Assembly: GCA_944391085.1 (NCBI GenBank)
Contig: CALXSE010000001.1
Coordinates: forward strand, 71,857 to 135,856
DNA length: 64,000 nt
Direction of reading: 5' to 3'
Origin: an uncultured Kiritimatiellota bacterium
GTDB taxonomy: Bacteria > Verrucomicrobiota > Kiritimatiellia > RFP12 > DVOR01
The first letter of the stretch is position 1. Every line of letters begins with the position of its first letter. The position numbers and the translations under genes were made by a program. The notes below the pieces were generated by a model. That model saw only the letters and a program-made list of their open reading frames with translations, made no database searches and had not been told where the DNA came from. Shown one piece after another: positions 43,098-51,232 of the stretch.

Positions 43098-44102
43098 ATG
43101 CCCATGAAGAAGTTCCTCAACGACCCCGCCAACCTCACCGCCGAGATGCTCGAGGGCCTCGCCCTCGCCTACTCCGACAAGGTGAAGCTCGTCAACGAGC
43201 GCATCGTCGTCCGCGCCCAGCCCAAGGCCCAGGACAAGGTGGCCCTCGTCTGCTTCGGCGGTACCGGCCACGAGCCGGCCATGCACGGCTTCGTGGGCGA
43301 AGGCATGGCCGACGCCGCCGTCGCCGGCGACGTCTTCGCCGCCCCCGGCGGCCCCAAGGTCTTCGAGGCCCTCGAGATGCTCAACCGCCCCGCCGGCGTC
43401 ATCCTGCTGACCCTCAACCACAACGGCGACCGCATGTCCGCCCGCAAGGCCCTGCGCCTGGCCGAGAAGGCCGGCCTCAACGTCAAGGAAATCGTCGTCC
43501 AGGAAGACATCGCCCCCGGCGTCGACGCCGACCCCGAGGACCGCCGCGGCCTGGGCGGCTGCATCCCCCTGATGAAGGTCATGGGCGCCGCCTGCGAGCA
43601 GGGCAAGTCCATCGACGAGGTGCTCGAGATCGGCAAGGCCTTCCACAGCCACCTGGCCACCCTCTCCGTCGCCCTCAAGGTCGCCACCCACCCGCAGAAC
43701 GGGGCCGAGATCGGCGCCCTGGCCGACGACGAGATGGAAATCGGCATGGGCCAGCACGGCGAAGGCGGCGGCGGCATCATGAAGGTGCAGACCGCCGACG
43801 AGACCGCCCGCATCATGGTCGACCGCCTCGTCCAGGCCACCGGGCTTCAGAGCGGCGAGCGCGCCCTGCTCATCGTCAACGGCTCCGGCGCCACCACCAC
43901 CATGGAAATGCTCATCTGCTACCGCGCGGCCGCCAAGCGCCTCGCCGAGAAGGGCATCACCCTGATGGACGGCATCGCCGACGAGCTCCTCACCGTCCAG
44001 GAGATGGCCGGCTTCCAGATGATCCTGGCCAAGGTCTGCCCCACTTGCGAGGCCCTCCTCAAAGCCAAGGCCAACACCCCCTACTGGACCTGCAACGGCT
44101 GA
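43098..44102 (+). CDS. dhaK: Dihydroxyacetone kinase, DhaK (substrate-binding) subunit
   Basis: KKFLNDPANLTAEMLEGL, GGTGHEPAMHGFVGEGMADAAVAGDVFAAP, NHNGDRM. Confidence 0.92.
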   Translation: MPMKKFLNDPANLTAEMLEGLALAYSDKVKLVNERIVVRAQPKAQDKVALVCFGGTGHEPAMHGFVGEGMADAAVAGDVFAAPGGPKVFEALEMLNRPAGVILLTLNHNGDRMSARKALRLAEKAGLNVKEIVVQEDIAPGVDADPEDRRGLGGCIPLMKVMGAACEQGKSIDEVLEIGKAFHSHLATLSVALKVATHPQNGAEIGALADDEMEIGMGQHGEGGGGIMKVQTADETARIMVDRLVQATGLQSGERALLIVNGSGATTTMEMLICYRAAAKRLAEKGITLMDGIADELLTVQEMAGFQMILAKVCPTCEALLKAKANTPYWTCNG

Positions 44103-44239
44103 GCGGCGCGGCCGCCCAGCCACACGCGAGGAAGGCGCGGGAGCCCCCGGGCGCCTTGGCGGCGCCCCAATGGCAAGCCGGCCCCCGCCCCACCTTCCCG
44201 CCGCCCGAACCCCACCCCTCAACCCACGAGCACCCCATC

Positions 44240-44842
44240 ATGACAATCGAACAATTCAAGGCCGTCTGGCAAAAGGCGCAGGCCGCCATCGAAGCCAACG
44301 AAAAGCGCTTCTCCGAGCTCGACGCCGCCACCGGCGGCGACGGCGACCACGGCACCGCCATCGTCGCGGCCATCCACGCCATCAACCACGCCGAAGGCGA
44401 CGACTTCCCCACCCTCCTGGCCGACATGGCCGGGAAGCTCGAGGAAGAGGCCTCCGGCTCCACCTCCTCGCTCTACGGCGCCTGGCTCGAAGGCATGGCC
44501 GACGCCGCCCCCAAAGGCGCCACCGCGCTCGACGCCGACCAGCTGGCAGACCTCTTCCAGGGCGGCTTCGACGAGATCTGCGCCGTCACCCGCGCCCGCC
44601 AGGGCGACAAGACGATGATGGACGCCCTCCAGCCCGCCACCGAGGCGCTCGTCGCCGCCAAAGGCCAGGGCGAGGCCGCCATGTTCGCCGCTGCCGCCAA
44701 GGCCGCCCGCGCCGGCTCCGACGCCACCGCCAAGCTCCAGGCCAAGTTCGGCCGCGCCAAGAACCTCGGCGAGCGCTCCATCGGCGCCATCGACGCCGGC
44801 TCGGCCTCCATGGCCACCGTCTTCGAGGCCTTCGCCAACTAA
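44240..44842 (+). CDS. dhaL: Dihydroxyacetone kinase, DhaL (nucleotide-binding) subunit
   Basis: Start at MTIEQFKAVW. ELDAATGGDGDHGT (DGDHG), GSTSSLYG, GDKTMMDAL, GRAKNLGERSIG. Confidence 0.9.
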   Translation: MTIEQFKAVWQKAQAAIEANEKRFSELDAATGGDGDHGTAIVAAIHAINHAEGDDFPTLLADMAGKLEEEASGSTSSLYGAWLEGMADAAPKGATALDADQLADLFQGGFDEICAVTRARQGDKTMMDALQPATEALVAAKGQGEAAMFAAAAKAARAGSDATAKLQAKFGRAKNLGERSIGAIDAGSASMATVFEAFAN

Positions 44843-44872
44843 CCCGCCAACCAGCCAGAAAGGATCTTCCCC

Positions 44873-45751
44873 ATGCCTGACATGGACAACTTCAAAGAGG
44901 CCGAGGCCTTCGGCATCGACACCCCCCAAAAGACCATCGGCTTCCCCCTCAAGGGCTGCTCCAACCTTGACTGGGGCATGAAGAACCGCCTCGCGCGCAT
45001 CTTCAGCCCCAAGGACGGCCGCTCCCTCATGCTCGCCTGCGACCACGGCTTCATCATGGGGCCCACCGGCGGCGTCGAGCGCATCGACCTCTCCATCGTG
45101 CCCCTGCTGAAGTACGCCGACTGCCTGATGTGCACCCGCGGCGTCCTGCGCGCCGTCATCCCGCCCACGCAGGACATCCCCGTCTGCCTCCGCTCCGACG
45201 CCGGCACCTCCGTCACCACCGAGCTCAACGACAACGTCGTCATCGACGTCCAGGACGCCATCCGCGTCAACGCCGCCGCCATGGCCGTCATGGTCGCCGT
45301 CGGCGACGCCGCCACCGAGGCCAAGACCGTCGCCAACCTTTACCACGCCGTCGACGTCGGCCAGCGCTATGGCATCCCCGTCATGGGCGTTACCGCCGTC
45401 GGCAAACAGATGACCCGCGACGCACGCTACTTCCGCCTCGCCACCCGCATCTGCGCGGAGAACGGCGCCAACATCGTCAAGACCTACTACACCGAAGGCT
45501 TCGAGACCGTCGTGGCCGCCTGCCCCGTGCCGATCGTCATCGCCGGCGGCAAGAAGGTGCCCGAGCGCGACGCGCTGGAGCTGGCCTACCGCGCCATCAG
45601 CGAGGGCGCCGCGGGCGTGGACATGGGGCGCAACGTCTTCCAATCCACCAACCCCGCCGCCATGATCCGCGCCGTCGGCGCCGTCATCCACCGCGGCTTC
45701 AAGCCCGACGAGGCCTACCAGATGTTTCAGGACCTCTCCGCCTCCAAATAA
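44873..45751 (+). CDS. LsrF-like class I aldolase/thiolase (DeoC/FbaB superfamily)
   Basis: Full-length resemblance to my recollection of E. coli LsrF: PQKTIGFPLKGCSNLDWGM, LMLACDHGF, GVERIDL, LMCTRGVLR, GANIVKTYY (Schiff-base Lys), CPVPIVIAGGKKVPER, GVDMGRNVFQS. Confidence 0.85.
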   Translation: MPDMDNFKEAEAFGIDTPQKTIGFPLKGCSNLDWGMKNRLARIFSPKDGRSLMLACDHGFIMGPTGGVERIDLSIVPLLKYADCLMCTRGVLRAVIPPTQDIPVCLRSDAGTSVTTELNDNVVIDVQDAIRVNAAAMAVMVAVGDAATEAKTVANLYHAVDVGQRYGIPVMGVTAVGKQMTRDARYFRLATRICAENGANIVKTYYTEGFETVVAACPVPIVIAGGKKVPERDALELAYRAISEGAAGVDMGRNVFQSTNPAAMIRAVGAVIHRGFKPDEAYQMFQDLSASK

Positions 45752-45768
45752 AGCCGGGGGCCAAACGC

Positions 45769-45798
45769 AAAAAAAGGGGGGCGACGCCCCCCTTTTTT
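45769..45798. terminator. Bidirectional intrinsic terminator
   Basis: AAAAAAA-GGGGGG-CGACG-CCCCCC-TTTTTT, immediately after the aldolase stop codon. Confidence 0.85.
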
Positions 45799-45819
45799 GC
45801 GCCGCCACGAAAGAAACGC

Positions 45820-45849
45820 TTGACTTCCCCGCGCCGGTTGTGCTACCTT
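45820..45849 (+). promoter_or_regulatory. Predicted promoter TTGACT-N18-(TGC)TACCTT for the candidate sRNA
   Basis: cgcTTGACTtccccgcgccggttgTGCTACCTTgtggg. Confidence 0.45.
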
Positions 45850-45855
45850 GTGGGA

Positions 45856-46023
45856 CGTCAAGGCGAGAGTGGACTTCCCCTAGGCGTGCCACACCCCACC
45901 CCACCCCGCGCACGCCGCAATTGTCCTGCGCCTTGGCCCGCCAGGGGCTGGGATGGGAACGAGCTGGTCGTTTGTGCGCACATCCGACCAATTAGCCGCC
46001 CTCCCTCGACCCCTGGCTTTTTT
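45856..46023 (+). ncRNA. Candidate ~165-nt sRNA with a C-rich apical loop and intrinsic terminator
   Basis: The 5' domain is three stacked helices: 45857-65/45929-37, 45871-74/45923-26, and GGCGUGC/GCACGCC at 45883-89/45910-16. It is capped by the loop CACACCCCACCCCACCCCGC. The 3' domain is GCCAGGGG...CCCCUGGC (45940-47/46010-17) followed by U6. No credible ORF. Confidence 0.35.
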
Positions 46024-46051
46024 GTGCCCGTCGCGGGCCGGGGCCCTTTTT

Positions 46052-46060
46052 TGGTACACT
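46052..46060 (+). promoter_or_regulatory. Extended -10 TGGTACACT (smc)
   Basis: TTTTTTGGTACACTGTCCGGGATG. The -10 ends 7 nt before the canonical SMC start MYLKALEIQGFKSF and there is no SD. Confidence 0.5.
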
Positions 46061-46067
46061 GTCCGGG

Positions 46068-49000
46068 ATGTATCTGAAGGCGCTAGAGATTCAGGGCTTC
46101 AAGAGCTTCGCGGAGCGGACGCGGCTGACGTTCGAGCCGGGGATGATCGCCATCGTCGGGCCGAACGGCTGCGGCAAGAGCAACGTCTCAGACGCCATCC
46201 GCTGGGTGCTGGGGGAGCAACGGCCCAGCGCGCTGCGTTGCGCGAAGATGCAGGATCTCATCTTCAACGGCACCGACGCGCGCAAGCCCCTGGGCATGGC
46301 CGAGGTGACGCTCGTCTTCGCCGACTGCGAAGGCGCCCTCGGCACCGAGTTCGGCGAGGTCTCCATCTCCCGCCGCGCCTACCGCGACGGCGCGAACGCC
46401 TACTTCCTCAACAAGACCCCCTGCCGCCTGAAGGACATCCAGCGCCTCTTCATGGGCACCGGCGTCGGCACCACCAGCTACTCCGTCCTGGCGCAGGGCC
46501 AGATCGACGCCATCCTCTCCTCGCGCCCCGAGGACCGCCGCGCCGTCTTCGAGGAGGCCGCCGGCGTCACCAAGTTCCGCGCGGACCGCCGCGAGGCCCT
46601 CCGCAAAATCGGCCAGACCGAGGAAAACCTCACCCGCCTCAACGACATCCTCCGCGAGCTCCGCCGCCAGGCCGGCCAACTCCAGCGCCAGGCCGAGAAG
46701 GCCGAGAAGGCCCGCGCCCTGCGCGCCGAGCTCCGCGGGCTAGACCTCTTCCTCGCCAAACGCCAGGCGGCCGCGCTCGAGGACGCCATCGCCGCCCACG
46801 GCCTGGACGTGGCCCAGGCCCTCACCCGCATCGCCGCCATCCAAGCCGAGGCCGAGGCCGGCGAAAAGGCCATCGCCTCGGCCAACGCCCGCATCCAGGC
46901 CGGCGAGGACGCCATCGCCACCCTCTCCGAACAGGCCGCGCAGGCCGCCGCCAGGCACTCCCGCGCACAGGAAATCATCCAGACCAACCTTGCGCGCATC
47001 GCCGAATACCGCGCCTGGGCCGAAGGCCTGGCACGCGAGCTCGAGGCCGCCCGGGACCGCCTCGAGGCCGGCGCCCGCGAGCAGGGCGAAGACCCCGACC
47101 CCGAATCCTTCGAGGACGAGCGCGAGACCCTCCAGAACCTCCTTGACGACGCGCAGGACGCCTTCGACGCCCGCAAGGCGGCCCTCGACGCAGCCCGCGC
47201 CGAGCTCCAATCCGCCCGCGACGCCCTGGCCGACTGCGACCGCAGGCAGCTCCTCTGGCAGCAGACCCTCGCCAAGGCCGACGCCGGGCGGGAGGAACGC
47301 CTCCTCCGCCGCGAACGCCTCGCCGCGGAAGCCGCGGAGGCCCAACGCCTGCGCGACGAACGCACCGCCGCGCGCGACGCCGCCCAGGCCGAGGCCGACG
47401 CCAACCGGCAGACCGCCGACGAAGCCCGCGAGGCCCTCATCGCCCTCGACGAAGACCGCTCCTTCGCCGCCGACGACATCGCCCAGGCCCAGGCCCGCCA
47501 AGCCGCCAAACGCCAGGCCCGCGCCGCCCTCGAGGCCCAACAGGATCTCCTCTCCAGGCCCGCCCCCGGCGAACGCCCGGACGCCGGCCCGCGCCTGCTC
47601 GACCCCGCCAACCCCTTCGGCCTGGCGGAGGGAGAGCTCGTCGGCCCCCTCGCCGAGGCCATCGACCCGCCGCCCGCGCTGCGCCGCGCCGTCGAGGCCG
47701 TGCTCGCGCCCTGGGCCCGCGCCTGGGTCGTCCGCACGCCGGAGGCCGCGCGCCGCGTCCTCGAGACCGCGGCCGGGCGCTGGCCGGGCGAGGCCATCCA
47801 GGTGCTCGTGGCGCAGGACTGCCCCGCGCCCGAGGGGTCCCTCGCCGCGCAAGTCCCGGCCAGGCCCGGCTTCGAGGGGCTCCTGGCGCGCCTGCTGGGC
47901 GGCTGGACGCTCGCCGACGCGCCGCCCCCCGGCCGCGCGGCCGTCTCCCCGGATGGCACGCTCTTCTACGGCGAGGGCGGCGGCCTGCGCGCGCCCGGCG
48001 AGGGCTCGGACCCCCTCGCGCGGCGCCTGGCCTGCGAGGCGCTCGGCGCGAAGGCCGAGGCCCTCCTGCGCGAGGAGCGCGCCGAGGACGCCGCCATCGC
48101 CCAGGCCCAGGCCCGACTGGACGCGCTCGGCTCGAGGCAGCGCGAGACGCAACGGGCGCTCGAGCGGGCCCAGCGCGCCGCCAACCAGGCCGAGGGCGCC
48201 CTCGCCGCCGCCGCGCGAGACGCCGCCCAGGCCGAGGCCCGCCGCGCCGATCTGGCCGCGAGGCTCGCCGAGGCCGAGGCCGACATCGGCCGCGAGGACG
48301 AGGGCCGCGAGGAGGCCCGCAGGGGCTTGGAGGGGATGGCCGCCGAACGCGCACGCCTGACCGACGAGGCCGGCGCGACCACCGCGAAACTGCCCGCCCT
48401 GGAAGGCGAGGTCGACGCCGCCGGCACGCGCCTGAGCGAGGCGCGCTTCCGCATGGCCGGCTTCCTCCAGCGCCGCGAGCACGCCCTGGCCCAGCGGCGC
48501 GAGCGCGAGGCGCGCCTGAGGGAGCTGCGCGAGACCATCGCCCAGCGCGAAGCCTCCGGCGCCTCCTGCCAGGCCAACATCGAGAAGCTCGAGGGCGACA
48601 ACGCGCGCATCGTCGCCTCCCTCGACGGTATGGAACAGGAGACCCTGGCCCTGCAGGCGAAGATCGAGCAGGCCCGCACCGACCGCCTGGAGCTGAACGC
48701 CCTGCGCGAACGCCTCGAGGCCGCCAGCGCCGGGGCGCGCAGGACGTTGCAGGAGGCCCAGGAGGCCAAGGCCCGCGCCGAGGTCGCCATGGCCGAGGCC
48801 CGCGCCCGCCGCCAGGCGCTCATGGAGCGTCTGGCCCGCGACTACGGCGTCCAGCCCGAGGGGCTCCGGGACGAGCCCTGCGCCGAGTGGCCCGAGGGCG
48901 AGACCCCGCCCGACGAAACGCTCGAGGCGCGCCTGGCCGAGCTGCGCGAGGGGCTCGAGCGCATCGGCCCGGTGAACCTGCTGGCCATCGACGAGTACAG

Positions 49001-49571
49001 GCAGCTGGAGGAGCGCCACGCCTTCTACCAGGCGCAGGCCGACGACCTCACGAAGTCCCGCGACGAGCTGATGGGCCTCATCAAGACCATCAACGAGACC
49101 TCCGGCAAGCTCTTCCGCGAGACCTTCGCGCGGGCCGACGCGAACTTCCGCGCCATGTTCACGCGCCTCTTCAACGGCGGCGAGGCCCGCCTGGCCCTGC
49201 TCGAGAACGACGCCGACCCGCTGGAGTGCGGCATCGACATCATCGCCCGGCCCCCCGGCAAGAAGCCCCAGACCATCAGCCTGCTCTCCGGCGGCGAGCG
49301 CACCATGACCGCCGTGGCCCTGCTCTTCGCCATCTTCCTCATCAAGCCCGCGCCCTTCTGCCTGCTCGACGAGCTCGACGCCGCCCTCGACGACTCCAAC
49401 ATCGGCCGCTTCGTCGAGGCCCTCAAGGACTTCCTCGTCCACTCCCAATTCCTCATCATCACGCACAACCAGCACACCATCGCCGGCTCCGACATCGTCT
49501 ACGGCGTGACCATGCCCGAAAAGGGCGTCTCGCGCACCCTCTCGATGCGCTTCGACCGGCGCGCGCAATAG
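46068..49571 (+). CDS. smc: Chromosome segregation protein SMC
   Basis: MYLKALEIQGFKSF, GPNGCGKSN Walker A, long coiled coils with a central hinge, LSGGERTMTAVALLFAIF, LLDELDAALD Walker B. Confidence 0.97.
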   Translation: MYLKALEIQGFKSFAERTRLTFEPGMIAIVGPNGCGKSNVSDAIRWVLGEQRPSALRCAKMQDLIFNGTDARKPLGMAEVTLVFADCEGALGTEFGEVSISRRAYRDGANAYFLNKTPCRLKDIQRLFMGTGVGTTSYSVLAQGQIDAILSSRPEDRRAVFEEAAGVTKFRADRREALRKIGQTEENLTRLNDILRELRRQAGQLQRQAEKAEKARALRAELRGLDLFLAKRQAAALEDAIAAHGLDVAQALTRIAAIQAEAEAGEKAIASANARIQAGEDAIATLSEQAAQAAARHSRAQEIIQTNLARIAEYRAWAEGLARELEAARDRLEAGAREQGEDPDPESFEDERETLQNLLDDAQDAFDARKAALDAARAELQSARDALADCDRRQLLWQQTLAKADAGREERLLRRERLAAEAAEAQRLRDERTAARDAAQAEADANRQTADEAREALIALDEDRSFAADDIAQAQARQAAKRQARAALEAQQDLLSRPAPGERPDAGPRLLDPANPFGLAEGELVGPLAEAIDPPPALRRAVEAVLAPWARAWVVRTPEAARRVLETAAGRWPGEAIQVLVAQDCPAPEGSLAAQVPARPGFEGLLARLLGGWTLADAPPPGRAAVSPDGTLFYGEGGGLRAPGEGSDPLARRLACEALGAKAEALLREERAEDAAIAQAQARLDALGSRQRETQRALERAQRAANQAEGALAAAARDAAQAEARRADLAARLAEAEADIGREDEGREEARRGLEGMAAERARLTDEAGATTAKLPALEGEVDAAGTRLSEARFRMAGFLQRREHALAQRREREARLRELRETIAQREASGASCQANIEKLEGDNARIVASLDGMEQETLALQAKIEQARTDRLELNALRERLEAASAGARRTLQEAQEAKARAEVAMAEARARRQALMERLARDYGVQPEGLRDEPCAEWPEGETPPDETLEARLAELREGLERIGPVNLLAIDEYRQLEERHAFYQAQADDLTKSRDELMGLIKTINETSGKLFRETFARADANFRAMFTRLFNGGEARLALLENDADPLECGIDIIARPPGKKPQTISLLSGGERTMTAVALLFAIFLIKPAPFCLLDELDAALDDSNIGRFVEALKDFLVHSQFLIITHNQHTIAGSDIVYGVTMPEKGVSRTLSMRFDRRAQ

Positions 49572-49583
49572 GAGCAGCCCGCC

Positions 49584-50225
49584 ATGCCCGCGCTCATCAT
49601 CGAGTTCGACCCCCTCTTCCTCGGCGGCTTCGCCCTCCCCGCCGAGGTCCTCTCCGAGCGCCTCGTCAAGTACGGCATCCCGGACGACGACCCCTTCCGC
49701 TTCGTCCGCCACGTTTACGGCCGCCCCGTCGGCGACGCCCTCGCCGCGCTCCTCCCCCCCGCCGTCGACGCCGCGCACGTCGGGCGGCGCCTCGCGGCCA
49801 CCTACGCCGCCCTCCTCCAGCAGAACGCCCAGCAGGCCATCCGCGGCGTGCGCGCCTTCCTGCGCCCCTTCGCCAAGCAGGGCGTGCGCATCGCCCTGGC
49901 CACCCGCCTGCGCCAGCCGGTGGTGGACGAGCTCGTCGAGGGCGTCCCGGGCGGCGCCCTGGCGGTGCTCGACCCACAGCCCCTGGCCGTCGGCCTCGCG
50001 CCGGACACCCTCCAGGCCGCGATCGTCGCCCTGGGGCTTCCCGTGCGCCACTGTTTTGGGCTCATGGCCTGCGGCGCCAGCGTCCGCGCCGCCGTCCGCG
50101 TGGGGCTCCGCGCCGCGGCGGTGCCGGACCCGATGGTCGCCTTCGAGGGGTGCGCGGGGGCGGACTTCGTGTGCGACACCTTCAGCCGCGCGCTCGTCTC
50201 CAAGCTCCGCGCCAGGCTCTCCTGA
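49584..50225 (+). CDS. HAD-fold protein with degenerate catalytic motifs
   Basis: 213 aa. Motif I reads LIIEFDPLF instead of hhhDxDGT. The motif IV region reads GLMACGASVRAAVRVGL instead of GDSxxD. Confidence 0.5.
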   Translation: MPALIIEFDPLFLGGFALPAEVLSERLVKYGIPDDDPFRFVRHVYGRPVGDALAALLPPAVDAAHVGRRLAATYAALLQQNAQQAIRGVRAFLRPFAKQGVRIALATRLRQPVVDELVEGVPGGALAVLDPQPLAVGLAPDTLQAAIVALGLPVRHCFGLMACGASVRAAVRVGLRAAAVPDPMVAFEGCAGADFVCDTFSRALVSKLRARLS

Positions 50226-50291
50226 GGCCGCCCCGCCGCCTACTGCAAGACGCGCCGCCGCCGGAAAGGGATGGCGCGGGGGCGCCGGCTT

Positions 50292-50300
50292 TGGCATAAT
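50292..50300 (+). promoter_or_regulatory. Extended -10 TGGCATAAT
   Basis: GCTTTGGCATAATGGAC, 26 nt upstream of ATG 50327. GAAAGGAA SD. Confidence 0.5.
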
Positions 50301-50326
50301 GGACAGGTAAACGAAAGGAACGTGCG

Positions 50327-51220
50327 ATGAAGAGATTTCTGACGGTTGCCGCGGCCGCGTTGGCCGCCTGTGCGCTTTTCGGGCAAAGCGGCGAGCAGCA
50401 GGCCGCGCGCCAGGCGCGGAGCGTCCACCTCGGATACCTCGGCGTGCCCCCGTCCGCGAAGGTCTTCTACGTGGAGGCGACGGCCGACCGCTTCCACCCC
50501 GGCTCCTACCTCTGCCTGCTGGGATTCGACGGCGGCTACGCCGGCGTCCAGGAGCTCGTCGACGGCCGCCACGTGGCCATTTTCTCGGTCTGGGAACCCA
50601 GCGATCCCTTCGACTTCAAGGCCCACCCCGACGCCGTGCATGAGGAGAGGCGCACCAAGGCGCTCTACGGCGGCGAGGGCGTCCAGGTCAGCCGCTTCGG
50701 CGGCGAGGGCACCGGCGGCAAATCGATGATGCCCTGGGCCTGGCAGCTCGGCAAGCCCGTCTGCATGGCCGTCTCCTGCGCGCCGGACGGCCCCTACCGC
50801 ACCGCCTACACCTGCTGGGTCTGGGACGAGGCCAAGGCCGACTGGTTCCGCATGGCCACCTTCTCCACCCTCGTCGGCGGCGAGCAGGCCACCCTGCGCG
50901 CCCCCTACTCCTTCCTGGAGGACTTCTGGCGCAACGTCGCCAGCAAGGGCCAGGTCCGCGCCGCCCGCTTCTCCCGCCTCTGGGCGTGGGACGGCCGGGC
51001 CTGGGGCGCCAGCCCCTCCGCCCGCTTCACCGCCGACGCCAACCCCCTCACCACCATCGACGCCGGCCCCGCCGCCGACGGCTTCTGGCTGGCCACCGGC
51101 GGCGACACCGCCAACGTCACCACCCCCCTCTGGGCCGAAGTCCGCCCCGGCGGCGCGCCGGACGCCTCCGCCGATCGCCGCGCCAAACTCCTCCGCGCCA
51201 TCGGCGCAACGGCCTCCTGA
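50327..51220 (+). CDS. Secreted DUF3472-like protein
   Basis: Signal peptide MKRFLTVAAAALAACALFG. PGSYLCLLGFDGGYAGVQE, AIFSVWEP, RFGGEGTGGKS and YSFLEDFW match my recollection of the DUF3472 pattern. Confidence 0.6.
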   Translation: MKRFLTVAAAALAACALFGQSGEQQAARQARSVHLGYLGVPPSAKVFYVEATADRFHPGSYLCLLGFDGGYAGVQELVDGRHVAIFSVWEPSDPFDFKAHPDAVHEERRTKALYGGEGVQVSRFGGEGTGGKSMMPWAWQLGKPVCMAVSCAPDGPYRTAYTCWVWDEAKADWFRMATFSTLVGGEQATLRAPYSFLEDFWRNVASKGQVRAARFSRLWAWDGRAWGASPSARFTADANPLTTIDAGPAADGFWLATGGDTANVTTPLWAEVRPGGAPDASADRRAKLLRAIGATAS

Positions 51221-51232
51221 GCCCAAGCACCC

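Noticed and set aside
41799-44222. N-terminal 800 codons of track ORF 41262..44222. Similar long N-terminal extensions occur in ORFs 29232..31451, 28556..29998, 32795..33643, 52633..53529, 23503..24150, 24697..25626 and 8997..10139
   Set aside because: Each extension runs antisense or out of frame through neighbouring real genes. The credible genes begin at internal ATGs with an SD or signal peptide, often at ATGA overlaps with the upstream gene.
45856-46023. Whether the intergenic RNA candidate is 6S, SRP (4.5S), RNase P or tmRNA
   Set aside because: I found no SRP GGAA/AGCA motif, no RNase P GAGGAAAGUCC, no tmRNA tag ORF or tRNA-like ends, and the termini do not pair into a 6S-type closing stem. 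Identity remains open and cannot be settled without a covariance-model search.
46740-50297. 1185-aa minus-strand ORF antisense to smc (plus 46478..47959 and the 46990..48360 frames)
   Set aside because: Shadow ORFs. The smc frame has Walker A/B, the signature motif and coiled coils.
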